Assembly (NCBI GenBank): GCA_964057225.1
Contig: CAXKVF010000082.1
Location: forward strand, 186,001 to 250,000
DNA: 64,000 nt
Direction of reading: 5' to 3'
Source of the DNA: Auanema rhodensis
Taxonomy: Eukaryota; Animalia; Nematoda
Positions 29,745 to 43,648 of the stretch are shown here, in pieces. The position numbers and the translations under genes were made by a program. The notes under the pieces are model-generated. The model searched no databases and was not told the DNA's origin. It saw nothing but the letters and a program-made list of their open reading frames with translations. Position 1 is the stretch's first letter; each line of letters starts with the position of its first letter.

Positions 29745-32700
29745 AAGTCATGGTTACCATGCACCAATATCAATAAAAATTTGTTTTTAAACTAATATGG
29801 ACATGGGGAATCTAATTTTGAAAACCGCATCTCTTTATCTTTCACGTGAAGCGAGTTACATACCAAGTGCACATCACGTGTACATTTAATTAGCATAAAT
29901 TAAAGTTCACGTAACTTTCAAAGTCATGGTTACCATGCACCAATATCAATAAAAATTTGTTTTTAGACTAATATGGACATGGGGAATCTAATTTTGAAAA
30001 CCGCATCTCTTTATCTTTCACGTGAAGCGAGCTACATACTAAGTGCACATCACGTGTACATTTAATTAGCATAAATTAAAGTTCACGTAAATTTCAAAGT
30101 CATGGTTACCATGAACCAATATCAATAAAAATTTGTTTTTAGACTAATATGGACATGGGGAATCTAATTTTGAAAACCGCATCTCTTTATCTTTCACGTG
30201 AAGCGAGTTACATACCAAGTGCACATCACGTGTAAATTTAATTAGCATAAATTAAAGTTCACGTAAATTTCAAAGTCATGGTTACCATGAACCAATATCA
30301 ATAAAAATTTGTTTTTAGACTAATATGGACATGGGGAATCTAATTTTGAAAACCGCATCTCTTTATCTTTCACGTGAAGCGAGTTACATACCAAGTGCAC
30401 ATCACGTGTACATTTAATTAGCATAAATTAAAGTTCACGTAAATTTCAAAGTCATGGTTACCATGAACCAATATCAATAAAAATTTGTTTTTAGACTAAT
30501 ATGGACATGGGGAATCTAATTTTGAAAACCGCATCTCTTTATCTTTCACGTGAAGCGAGTTACATACCAAGTGCACATCACGTGTACATTTAATTAGCAT
30601 AAATTAAAGTTCACGTAAAATTCAAAGTCATGGTTACCATGCACCAATATCAATAAAAATTTGTTTTTAGACTAATATGGACATGTGGAATCTAATTTTG
30701 AAAACCGCATCTCTTTATCTTTCACGTGAAGCGAGTTACATACCAAGTGCACATCACGTGTACATTTAATTAGCATAAATTAAAGTTCACGTAAATTTCA
30801 AAGTCATGGTTACCATGAACCAATATCAATAAAAATTTGTTTTTAGACTAATATGGACATGGGGAATCTAATTTTGGAAACCGCATCTCTTTATCTTTCA
30901 CGTGAAGCGAGTTACATACCAAGTGCACATCACGTGTACATTTAATTAGCATAAATTAAAGTTCACGTAAATTTCAAAGTCATGGTTACCATGCACCAAT
31001 ATCAATAAAAATTTGTTTTTAGACTAATATGGGCATGGGGAATCTAATTTTGAAAACCGCATCTCTTTATCTTTCACGTGAAGCGAGTTACATACCAAGT
31101 GCACATCACGTGTACATTTAATTAGCATAAATTAAAGTTCACGTAAATTTCAAAGTCATGGTTACCATGAACCAATATCAATAAAAATTTGTTTTTAGAC
31201 TAATATGGACATGGGGAATCTAATTTTGAAAACCGCATCTCTTTATCTTTCACGTGAAGCGAGTTACATACCAAGTGCACATCACGTGTACATTTAATTA
31301 GCATAAATTAAAGTTCACGTAAATTTCAAAGTCATGGTTACCATGAACCTATATCAATAAAAATTTGTTTTTAGACTAATATGGACATGGGGAATCTAAT
31401 TTTGAAAACCTCATCTCTTTATCTTTCACGTGAAGCGAGTTACATACCAAGTGCACATCACGTGTACATTTAATTAGCATAAATTAAAGTTCACGTAAAT
31501 TTCAAAGTCATGGTTACCATGCACCAATATCAATAAAAATTTGTTTTTAGACTAATATGGACATGGGGAATCTAATTTTGAAAACCGCATCTCTTTATCT
31601 TTCACGTGAAACGAGTTACATACCAAGTGCACATCACGTGTACATTTAATTAGCATAAATTAAAGTTCAAGTAAATTTCAAAGTCATGGTTACCATGAAG
31701 CAATATCAATAAAAATTTGTTTTTAGACTAATATGGACATGTGGAATCTAATTTTGAAAACCGCATCTCTTTATCTTTCACGTGAAGCGAGTTACATACC
31801 AAGTGCACATCACGTGTACATTTAATTAGCATAAATTAAAGTTCACGTAAATTTCAAAGTCATGGTTACCATGAACCAATATCAATAAAAATTTGTTTTT
31901 AGACTAATATGGACATGGGGAATCTAATTTTGAAAACCGCATCTCTTTATCTTTCACGTGAAGCGAGTTACATACCAAGTGCACATCACGTGTACATTTA
32001 ATTAGCATAAATTAAAGTTCACGTAAAATTCAAAGTCATGGTTACCATGCACCAATATCAATAAAAATTTGTTTTTAGACTAATATGGACATGTGGAATC
32101 TAATTTTGAAAACCGCATCTCTTTATCTTTCACGTGAAGCGAGTTACATACCAAGTGCACATCACGTGTACATTTAATTAGCATAAATTAAAGTTCACGT
32201 AAATTTCAAAGTCATGGTTACCATGAACCAATATCAATAAAAATTTGTTTTTAGACTAATATGGACATGGGGAATCTAATTTTGGAAACCGCATCTCTTT
32301 ATCTTTCACGTGAAGCGAGTTACATACCAAGTGCACATCACGTGTACATTTAATTAGCATAAATTAAAGTTCACGTAAATTTCAAAGTCATGGTTACCAT
32401 GCACCAATATCAATAAAAATTTGTTTTTAGACTAATATGGACATGGGGAATCTAATTTTGAAAACCGCATCTCTTTATCTTTCACGTGAAGCGAGTTACA
32501 TACCAAGTGCACATCACGTGTACATTTAATTAGCATAAATTAAAGTTCACGTAAATTTCAAAGTCATGGTTACCATGAACCAATATCAATAAAAATTTGT
32601 TTTTAGACTAATATGGACATGGGGAATCTAATTTTGAAAACCGCATCTCTTTATCTTTCACGTGAAGCGAGTTACATACCAAGTGCACATCACGTGTACA

Positions 32701-35700
32701 TTTAATTAGCATAAATTAAAGTTCACGTAAATTTCAAAGTCATGGTTACCATGAACCTATATCAATAATAATTTGTTTTTAGACTAATATGGACATGGGG
32801 AATCTAATTTTGAAAACCTCATCTCTTTATCTTTCACGTGAAGCGAGTTACATACCAAGTGCACATCACGTGTACATTTAATTAGCATAAATTAAAGTTC
32901 ACGTAAATTTCAAAGTCATGGTTACCATGCACCAATATCAATAAAAATTTGTTTTTAGACTAATATGGACATGGGGAATCTAATTTTGAAAACCGCATCT
33001 CTTTATCTTTCACGTGAAGCGAGTTACATACCAAGTGCACATCACGTGTACATTTAATTAGCATAAATTAAAGTTCAAGTAAATTTCAAAGTCATGGTTA
33101 CCATGAACCAATATCAATAAAAATTTGTTTTTAGACTAATATGGACATGGGGAATCTAATTTTGAAAACCGCATTTCTTTATCTTTCACGTGAAGCGAGT
33201 TACATACCAAGTGCACATCACGTGTACATTTAATTAGCATAAATTAAAGTTCACGTAAATTTCAAAGTCATGGTTACCATGAACCAATATCAATAAAAAT
33301 TTGTTTTTAGACTAATATGGACATGGGGAATCTAATTTTGAAAACCGCATTTCTTTATCTTTCACGTGAAGCGAGTTACATACCAAGTGCACATCACGTG
33401 TACATTTAATTAGCATAAATTAAAGTTCACGTAAATTTCAAAGTCATGGTTACCATGAACCAATATCAATAAAAATTTGTTTTTAGACTAATATGGACAT
33501 GGGGAATCTAATTTTGAAAACCGCATCTCTTTATCTTTCACGTGAAGCGAGTTACATACCAAGTGCACATCACGTGTACATTTAATTAGCATAAATTAAA
33601 GTTCACGTAAATTTCAAAGTCATGGTTACCATGAACCTATATCAATAAAAATTTGTTTTTAGACTAATATGGACATGAGGAATCTAATTTCGAAAACCGC
33701 ATCTCTTTATCTTTCACGTGAAGCGAGTTACATACCAAGTGCACATCACGTGTACATTTAATTAGCATAAATTAAAGTTCACGTAAATTTCAAAGTCATG
33801 GTTACCATGCACCAATATCAATAAAAATTTGTTTTTAGACTAATATGGACATGGGGAATCTAATTTTGAAAACCGCATCTCTTTATCTTTCACGTGAAGC
33901 GAGTTACATACCAAGTGCACATCACGTGTACATTTAATTAGCATAAATTAAAGTTCACGTAAATTTCAAAGTCATGGTTACCATGAACCAATATCAATAA
34001 AAATTTGTTTTTAGACTAATATGGACATGGGGAATCTAATTTTGAAAACCGCATCTCTTTATCTTTCACGTGAAGCGAGTTACATACCAAGTGCACATCA
34101 CGTGTACATTTAATTAGCATAAATTAAAGTTCACGTAAATTTCAAAGTCATGGTTACCATGAACCAATATCAATAAAAATTTGTTTTTAGACTAATATGG
34201 ACATGGGGAATCTAATTTTGAAAACCACATCTCTTTATCTTTCACGTGAAGCGAGTTACATACCAAGTGCACATCACGTGTACATTTAATTAGCATAAAT
34301 TAAAGTTCACGTAAATTTCAAAGTCATGGTTACCATGAACCAATATCAATAAAAATTTGTTTTTAGACTAATATGGACATGGGGAATCTAATTTTGAAAA
34401 CCGCATCTCTTTATCTTTCACGTGAAGCGAGTTACATACCAAGTGCACATCACGTGTACATTTAATTAGCATAAATTAAAGTTCACGTAACTTTCAAAGT
34501 CATGGTTACCATGCACCAATATCAATAAAAATTTGTTTTTAGACTAATATGGACATGGGGAATCTAATTTTGAAAACCACATCTCTTTATCTTTCACGTG
34601 AAGCGAGTTACATACCAAGTGCACATCACGTGTACATTTAATTAGCATAAATTAAAGTTCACGTAAATTTCAAAGTCATGGTTACCATGCACCAATATCA
34701 ATAAAAATTTGTTTTTAAACTAATATGGACATGGGGAATCTAATTTTGAAAACCGCATCTCTTTATCTTTCACGTGAAGCGAGTTACATACCAAGTGCAC
34801 ATCACGTGTACATTTAATTAGCATAAATTAAAGTTCACGTAACTTTCAAAGTCATGGTTACCATGCACCAATATCAATAAAAATTTGTTTTTAGACTAAT
34901 ATGGACATGGGGAATCTAATTTTGAAAACCGCATCTCTTTATCTTTCACGTGAAGCGAGCTACATACTAAGTGCACATCACGTGTACATTTAATTAGCAT
35001 AAATTAAAGTTCACGTAAATTTCAAAGTCATGGTTACCATGAACCAATATCAATAAAAATTTGTTTTTAGACTAATATGGACATGGGGAATCTAATTTTG
35101 AAAACCGCATCTCTTTATCTTTCACGTGAAGCGAGTTACATACCAAGTGCACATCACGTGTAAATTTAATTAGCATAAATTAAAGTTCACGTAAATTTCA
35201 AAGTCATGGTTACCATGAACCAATATCAATAAAAATTTGTTTTTAGACTAATATGGACATGGGGAATCTAATTTTGAAAACCGCATCTCTTTATCTTTCA
35301 CGTGAAGCGAGTTACATACCAAGTGCACATCACGTGTACATTTAATTAGCATAAATTAAAGTTCACGTAAATTTCAAAGTCATGGTTACCATGAACCAAT
35401 ATCAATAAAAATTTGTTTTTAGACTAATATGGACATGGGGAATCTAATTTTGAAAACCGCATCTCTTTATCTTTCACGTGAAGCGAGTTACATACCAAGT
35501 GCACATCACGTGTACATTTAATTAGCATAAATTAAAGTTCACGTAAAATTCAAAGTCATGGTTACCATGCACCAATATCAATAAAAATTTGTTTTTAGAC
35601 TAATATGGACATGTGGAATCTAATTTTGAAAACCGCATCTCTTTATCTTTCACGTGAAGCGAGTTACATACCAAGTGCACATCACGTGTACATTTAATTA

Positions 35701-38700
35701 GCATAAATTAAAGTTCACGTAAATTTCAAAGTCATGGTTACCATGAACCAATATCAATAAAAATTTGTTTTTAGACTAATATGGACATGGGGAATCTAAT
35801 TTTGGAAACCGCATCTCTTTATCTTTCACGTGAAGCGAGTTACATACCAAGTGCACATCACGTGTACATTTAATTAGCATAAATTAAAGTTCACGTAAAT
35901 TTCAAAGTCATGGTTACCATGCACCAATATCAATAAAAATTTGTTTTTAGACTAATATGGACATGGGGAATCTAATTTTGAAAACCGCATCTCTTTATCT
36001 TTCACGTGAAGCGAGTTACATACCAAGTGCACATCACGTGTACATTTAATTAGCATAAATTAAAGTTCACGTAAATTTCAAAGTCATGGTTACCATGAAC
36101 CAATATCAATAAAAATTTGTTTTTAGACTAATATGGACATGGGGAATCTAATTTTGAAAACCGCATCTCTTTATCTTTCACGTGAAGCGAGTTACATACC
36201 AAGTGCACATCACGTGTACATTTAATTAGCATAAATTAAAGTTCACGTAAATTTCAAAGTCATGGTTACCATGAACCTATATCAATAAAAATTTGTTTTT
36301 AGACTAATATGGACATGGGGAATCTAATTTTGAAAACCTCATCTCTTTATCTTTCACGTGAAGCGAGTTACATACCAAGTGCACATCACGTGTACATTTA
36401 ATTAGCATAAATTAAAGTTCACGTAAATTTCAAAGTCATGGTTACCATGCACCAATATCAATAAAAATTTGTTTTTAGACTAATATGGACATGGGGAATC
36501 TAATTTTGAAAACCGCATCTCTTTATCTTTCACGTGAAACGAGTTACATACCAAGTGCACATCACGTGTACATTTAATTAGCATAAATTAAAGTTCAAGT
36601 AAATTTCAAAGTCATGGTTACCATGAAGCAATATCAATAAAAATTTGTTTTTAGACTAATATGGACATGTGGAATCTAATTTTGAAAACCGCATCTCTTT
36701 ATCTTTCACGTGAAGCGAGTTACATACCAAGTGCACATCACGTGTACATTTAATTAGCATAAATTAAAGTTCACGTAAATTTCAAAGTCATGGTTACCAT
36801 GAACCAATATCAATAAAAATTTGTTTTTAGACTAATATGGACATGGGGAATCTAATTTTGAAAACCGCATCTCTTTATCTTTCACGTGAAGCGAGTTACA
36901 TACCAAGTGCACATCACGTGTACATTTAATTAGCATAAATTAAAGTTCACGTAAAATTCAAAGTCATGGTTACCATGCACCAATATCAATAAAAATTTGT
37001 TTTTAGACTAATATGGACATGTGGAATCTAATTTTGAAAACCGCATCTCTTTATCTTTCACGTGAAGCGAGTTACATACCAAGTGCACATCACGTGTACA
37101 TTTAATTAGCATAAATTAAAGTTCACGTAAATTTCAAAGTCATGGTTACCATGAACCAATATCAATAAAAATTTGTTTTTAGACTAATATGGACATGGGG
37201 AATCTAATTTTGGAAACCGCATCTCTTTATCTTTCACGTGAAGCGAGTTACATACCAAGTGCACATCACGTGTACATTTAATTAGCATAAATTAAAGTTC
37301 ACGTAAATTTCAAAGTCATGGTTACCATGCACCAATATCAATAAAAATTTGTTTTTAGACTAATATGGACATGGGGAATCTAATTTTGAAAACCGCATCT
37401 CTTTATCTTTCACGTGAAGCGAGTTACATACCAAGTGCACATCACGTGTACATTTAATTAGCATAAATTAAAGTTCACGTAAATTTCAAAGTCATGGTTA
37501 CCATGAACCAATATCAATAAAAATTTGTTTTTAGACTAATATGGACATGGGGAATCTAATTTTGAAAACCGCATCTCTTTATCTTTCACGTGAAGCGAGT
37601 TACATACCAAGTGCACATCACGTGTACATTTAATTAGCATAAATTAAAGTTCACGTAAATTTCAAAGTCATGGTTACCATGAACCTATATCAATAAAAAT
37701 TTGTTTTTAGACTAATATGGACATGGGGAATCTAATTTTGAAAACCTCATCTCTTTATCTTTCACGTGAAGCGAGTTACATACCAAGTGCACATCACGTG
37801 TACATTTAATTAGCATAAATTAAAGTTCACGTAAATTTCAAAGTCATGGTTACCATGCACCAATATCAATAAAAATTTGTTTTTAGACTAATATGGACAT
37901 GGGGAATCTAATTTTGAAAACCGCATCTCTTTATCTTTCACGTGAAGCGAGTTACATACCAAGTGCACATCACGTGTACATTTAATTAGCATAAATTAAA
38001 GTTCAAGTAAATTTCAAAGTCATGGTTACCATGAACCAATATCAATAAAAATTTGTTTTTAGACTAATATGGACATGGGGAATCTAATTTTGAAAACCGC
38101 ATTTCTTTATCTTTCACGTGAAGCGAGTTACATACCAAGTGCACATCACGTGTACATTTAATTAGCATAAATTAAAGTTCACGTAAATTTCAAAGTCATG
38201 GTTACCATGAACCAATATCAATAAAAATTTGTTTTTAGACTAATATGGACATGGGGAATCTAATTTTGAAAACCGCATTTCTTTATCTTTCACGTGAAGC
38301 GAGTTACATACCAAGTGCACATCACGTGTACATTTAATTAGCATAAATTAAAGTTCACGTAAATTTCAAAGTCATGGTTACCATGAACCAATATCAATAA
38401 AAATTTGTTTTTAGACTAATATGGACATGGGGAATCTAATTTTGAAAACCGCATCTCTTTATCTTTCACGTGAAGCGAGTTACATACCAAGTGCACATCA
38501 CGTGTACATTTAATTAGCATAAATTAAAGTTCACGTAAATTTCAAAGTCATGGTTACCATGAACCTATATCAATAAAAATTTGTTTTTAGACTAATATGG
38601 ACATGAGGAATCTAATTTCGAAAACCGCATCTCTTTATCTTTCACGTGAAGCGAGTTACATACCAAGTGCACATCACGTGTACATTTAATTAGCATAAAT

Positions 38701-39424
38701 TAAAGTTCACGTAAATTTCAAAGTCATGGTTACCATGCACCAATATCAATAAAAATTTGTTTTTAGACTAATATGGACATGGGGAATCTAATTTTGAAAA
38801 CCGCATCTCTTTATCTTTCACGTGAAGCGAGTTACATACCAAGTGCACATCACGTGTACATTTAATTAGCATAAATTAAAGTTCACGTAAATTTCAAAGT
38901 CATGGTTACCATGAACCAATATCAATAAAAATTTGTTTTTAGACTAATATGGACATGGGGAATCTAATTTTGAAAACCGCATCTCTTTATCTTTCACGTG
39001 AAGCGAGTTACATACCAAGTGCACATCACGTGTACATTTAATTAGCATAAATTAAAGTTCACGTAAATTTCAAAGTCATGGTTACCATGAACCAATATCA
39101 ATAAAAATTTGTTTTTAGACTAATATGGACATGGGGAATCTAATTTTGAAAACCACATCTCTTTATCTTTCACGTGAAGCGAGTTACATACCAAGTGCAC
39201 ATCACGTGTACATTTAATTAGCATAAATTAAAGTTCACGTAAATTTCAAAGTCATGGTTACCATGAACCAATATCAATAAAAATTTGTTTTTAGACTAAT
39301 ATGGACATGGGGAATCTAATTTTGAAAACCGCATCTCTTTATCTTTCACGTGAAGCGAGTTACATACCAAGTGCACATCACGTGTACATTTAATTAGCAT
39401 AAATTAAAGTTCACGTAAATTTCA
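29745..39424. repeat. 28-monomer (4928 bp) duplication, each copy containing an older 8-monomer duplication
   Basis: M170-195 match M198-223 in order. Shared rare markers: G46A+A171C, T112C+C120T, G107A+C166A, G62A+T75C, G83A. M174-180 resemble M182-188 internally. Confidence 0.9.
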
Positions 39425-42400
39425 AAGTCATGGTTACCATGAAGCAATATCAATAAAAATTTGTTTTTAGACTAATATGGACATGGGGAATCTAATTTTG
39501 AAAACCGCATCTCTTTATCTTTCACGTGAAGCGAGTTACATACCAAGTGCACATCACGTGTACATTTAATTAGCATAAATTAAAGTTCACGTAAATTTCA
39601 AAGTCATGGTTACCATGAACCAATATCAATAAAAATTTGTTTTTAGACTAATATGGACATGGGGAATCTAATTTTGAAAACCGCATCTCTTTATCTTTCA
39701 CGTGAAGCGAGTTACATACCAAGTGCACATCACGTGTACATTTAATTAGCATAAATTAAAGTTCACGTAAAATTCAAAGTCATGGTTACCATGCACCAAT
39801 ATCAATAAAAATTTGTTTTTAGACTAATATGGACATGGGGAATCTAATTTTGAAAACCGCATCTCTTTATCTTTCACGTGAAGCGAGTTACATACCAAGT
39901 GCACATCACGTGTACATTTAATTAGCATAAATTAAAGTTCACGTAAATTTCAAAGTCATGGTTACCATGAACCAATATCAATAAAAATTTGTTTTTAGAC
40001 TAATATGGACATGGGGAATCTAATTTTGAAAACCGCATCTCTTTATCTTTCACGTGAAGCGAGTTACATACCAAGTGCACATCACGTGTACATTTAATTA
40101 GCATAAATTAAAGTTCACGTAAATTTCAAAGTCATGGTTACCATGAACCAATATCAATAAAAATTTGTTTTTAGACTAATATGGACATGGGGAATCTAAT
40201 TTTGAAAACCGCATCTCTTTATCTTTCACGTGAAGCGAGTTACATACCAAGTGCACATCACGTGTACATTTAATTAGCATAAATTAAAGTTCACGTAAAT
40301 TTCAAAGTCATGGTTACCATGAAGCAATATCAATAAAAATTTGTTTTTAGACTAATATGGTCATGGGGAATCTAATTTTGAAAACCGCATCTCTTTATCT
40401 TTCACGTGAAGCGAGTTACATACCAAGTGCACATCACGTGTACATTTAATTAGCATAAATTAAAGTTCACGTAAATTTCAAAGTCATGGTTACCATGAAC
40501 CAATATCAATAAAAATTTGTTTTTAGACTAATATAGACATGGGGAATCTAATTTTGAAAACCGCATCTCTTTATCTTTCACGTGAAGCGAGTTACATACC
40601 AAGTGCACATCACGTGTACATTTAATTAGCATAAATTAAAGTTCACGTAAAATTCAAAGTCATGGTTACCATGCACCAATATCAATAAAAAATTGTTTTT
40701 AGACTAATATGGACATGGAGAATCTAATTTTGAAAACCGCATCTCTTTATCTTTCACGTGAAGCGAGTTACATACCAAGTGCACATCACGTGTACATTTA
40801 ATTAGCATAAATTAAAGTTCACGTAAATTTCAAAGTCATGGTTACCATGAACCAATATCAATAAAAATTTGTTTTTAGACTAATATGGACATGGGGAATC
40901 TAATTTTGAAAACCGCATCTCTTTATCTTTCACGTGAAGCGAGTTACATACCAAGTGCACATCACGTGTACATTTAATTAGCATAAATTAAAGTTCACGT
41001 AAAATTCAAAGTCATGGTTACCATGCACCAATATCAATAAAAATTTGTTTTTAGACTAATATGGACATGGAGAATCTAATTTTGAAAACCGCATCTCTTT
41101 ATCTTTCACGTGAAGCGAGTTACATACCAAGTGCACATCACGTGTACATTTAATTAGCATAAATTAAAGTTCACGTAAATTTCAAAGTCATGGTTACCAT
41201 GAACCAATATCAATAAAAATTTGTTTTTAGACTAATATAGACATGGGGAATCTAATTTTGAAAACCGCATCTCTTTATCTTTCACGTGAAGCGAGTTACA
41301 TACCAAGTGCACATCACGTGTACATTTAATTAGCATAAATTAAAGTTCACGTAAATTTCAAAGTCATGGTTACCATGAAGCAATATCAATAAAAATTTGT
41401 TTTTAGACTAATATGGTCATGGGGAATCTAATTTTGAAAACCGCATCTCTTTATCTTTCACGTGAAGCGAGTTACATACCAAGTGCACATCACGTGTACA
41501 TTTAATTAGCATAAATTAAAGTTCACGTAAATTTCAAAGTCATGGTTACCATGAACCAATATCAATAAAAATTTGTTTTTAGACTAATATGGACATGGGG
41601 AATCTAATTTTGAAAACCGCATCTCTTTATCTTTCACGTGAAGCGAGTTACATACCAAGTGCACATCACGTGTACATTTAATTAGCATAAATTAAAGTTC
41701 ACGTAAATTTCAAAGTCATGGTTACCATGAACCAATATCAATAAAAATTTGTTTTTAGACTAATATAGACATGGGGAATCTAATTTTGAAAACCGCATCT
41801 CTTTATCTTTCACGTGAAGCGAGTTACATACCAAGTGCACATCACGTGTACATTTAATTAGCATAAATTAAAGTTCACGTAAATTTCAAAGTCATGGTTA
41901 CCATGAACCAATATCAATAAAAATTTGTTTTTAGACTAATATGGACATGGGGAATCTAATTTTGAAAACCGCATCTCTTTATCTTTCACGTGAAGCGAGT
42001 TACATACCAAGTGCACATCACGTGTACATTTAATTAGCATAAATTAAAGTTCACGTAAATTTCAAAGTCATGGTTACCATGAACCAATATCAATAAAAAT
42101 TTGTTTTTAGACTAATATGGACATGGGGAATCTAATTTTGAAAACCGCATCTCTTTATCTTTCACGTGAAGCGAGTTACATACCAAGTGCACATCACGTG
42201 TACATTTAATTAGCATAAATTAAAGTTCACGTAAATTTCAAAGTCATGGTTACCATGAACCAATATCAATAAAAATTTGTTTTTAGACTAATATGGACAT
42301 GGGGAATCTAATTTTGAAAACCGCATCTCTTTATCTTTCACGTGAAGCGAGTTACATACCAAGTGCACATCACGTGTACATTTAATTAGCATAAATTAAA

Positions 42401-43648
42401 GTTCACGTAAATTTCAAAGTCATGGTTACCATGCACCAATATCAATAAAAATTGGTTTTTAGACTAATATGGACATGGGGAATCTAATTTTGAAAACCGC
42501 ATCTCTTTATCTTTCACGTGAAGCGAGTTACATACCAAGTGCACATCACGTGTACATTTAATTAGCATAAATTAAAGTTCACGTAAATTTCAAAGTCATG
42601 GTTACCATGAACCAATATCAATAAAAATTTGTTTTTAGACTAATATGGACATGGGGAATCTAATTTTGAAAACCGCATCTCTTTATCTTTCACGTGAAGC
42701 GAGTTACATACCAAGTGCACATCACGTGTACATTTAATTAGCATAAATTAAAGTTCACGTAAATTTCAAAGTCATGGTTACCATGCACCAATATCAATAA
42801 AAATTGGTTTTTAGACTAATATGGACATGGGGAATCTAATTTTGAAAACCGCATCTCTTTATCTTTCACGTGAAGCGAGTTACATACCAAGTGCACATCA
42901 CGTGTACATTTAATTAGCATAAATTAAAGTTCACGTAAATTTCAAAGTCATGGTTACCATGAACCAATATCAATAAAAATTTGTTTTTAGACTAATATGG
43001 ACATGGGGAATCTAATTTTGAAAACCGCATCTCTTTATCTTTCACGTGAAGCGAGTTACATACCAAGTGCACATCACGTGTACATTTAATTAGCATAAAT
43101 TAAAGTTCACGTAAATTTCAAAGTCATGGTTACCATGAACCAATATCAATAAAAATTTGTTTTTAGACTAATATGGACATGGGGAATCTAATTTTGAAAA
43201 CCGCATCTCTTTATCTTTCACGTGAAGCGAGTTACATACCAAGTGCACATCACGTGTACATTTAATTAGCATAAATTAAAGTTCACGTAAATTTCAAAGT
43301 CATGGTTACCATGAACCTATATCAATAAAAATTTGTTTTTAGACTAATATGGACATGGGGAATCTAATTTTGAAAACCGCATCTCTTTATCTTTCACGTG
43401 AAGCGAGTTACATACCAAGTGCACATCACGTGTACATTTAATTAGTATAAATTAAAGTTCACGTAAATTTCAAAGTCATGGTTACCATGCACCAATATCA
43501 ATAAAAATTTGTTTTTTGACTAATATGGACATGGGGAATCTAATTTTGAAAACCGCATCTCTTTATCTTTCACGTGAAGCGAGTTACATACCAAGTGCAC
43601 ATCACGTGTACATTTAATTAGCATAAATTAAAGTTCACGTAAATTTCA

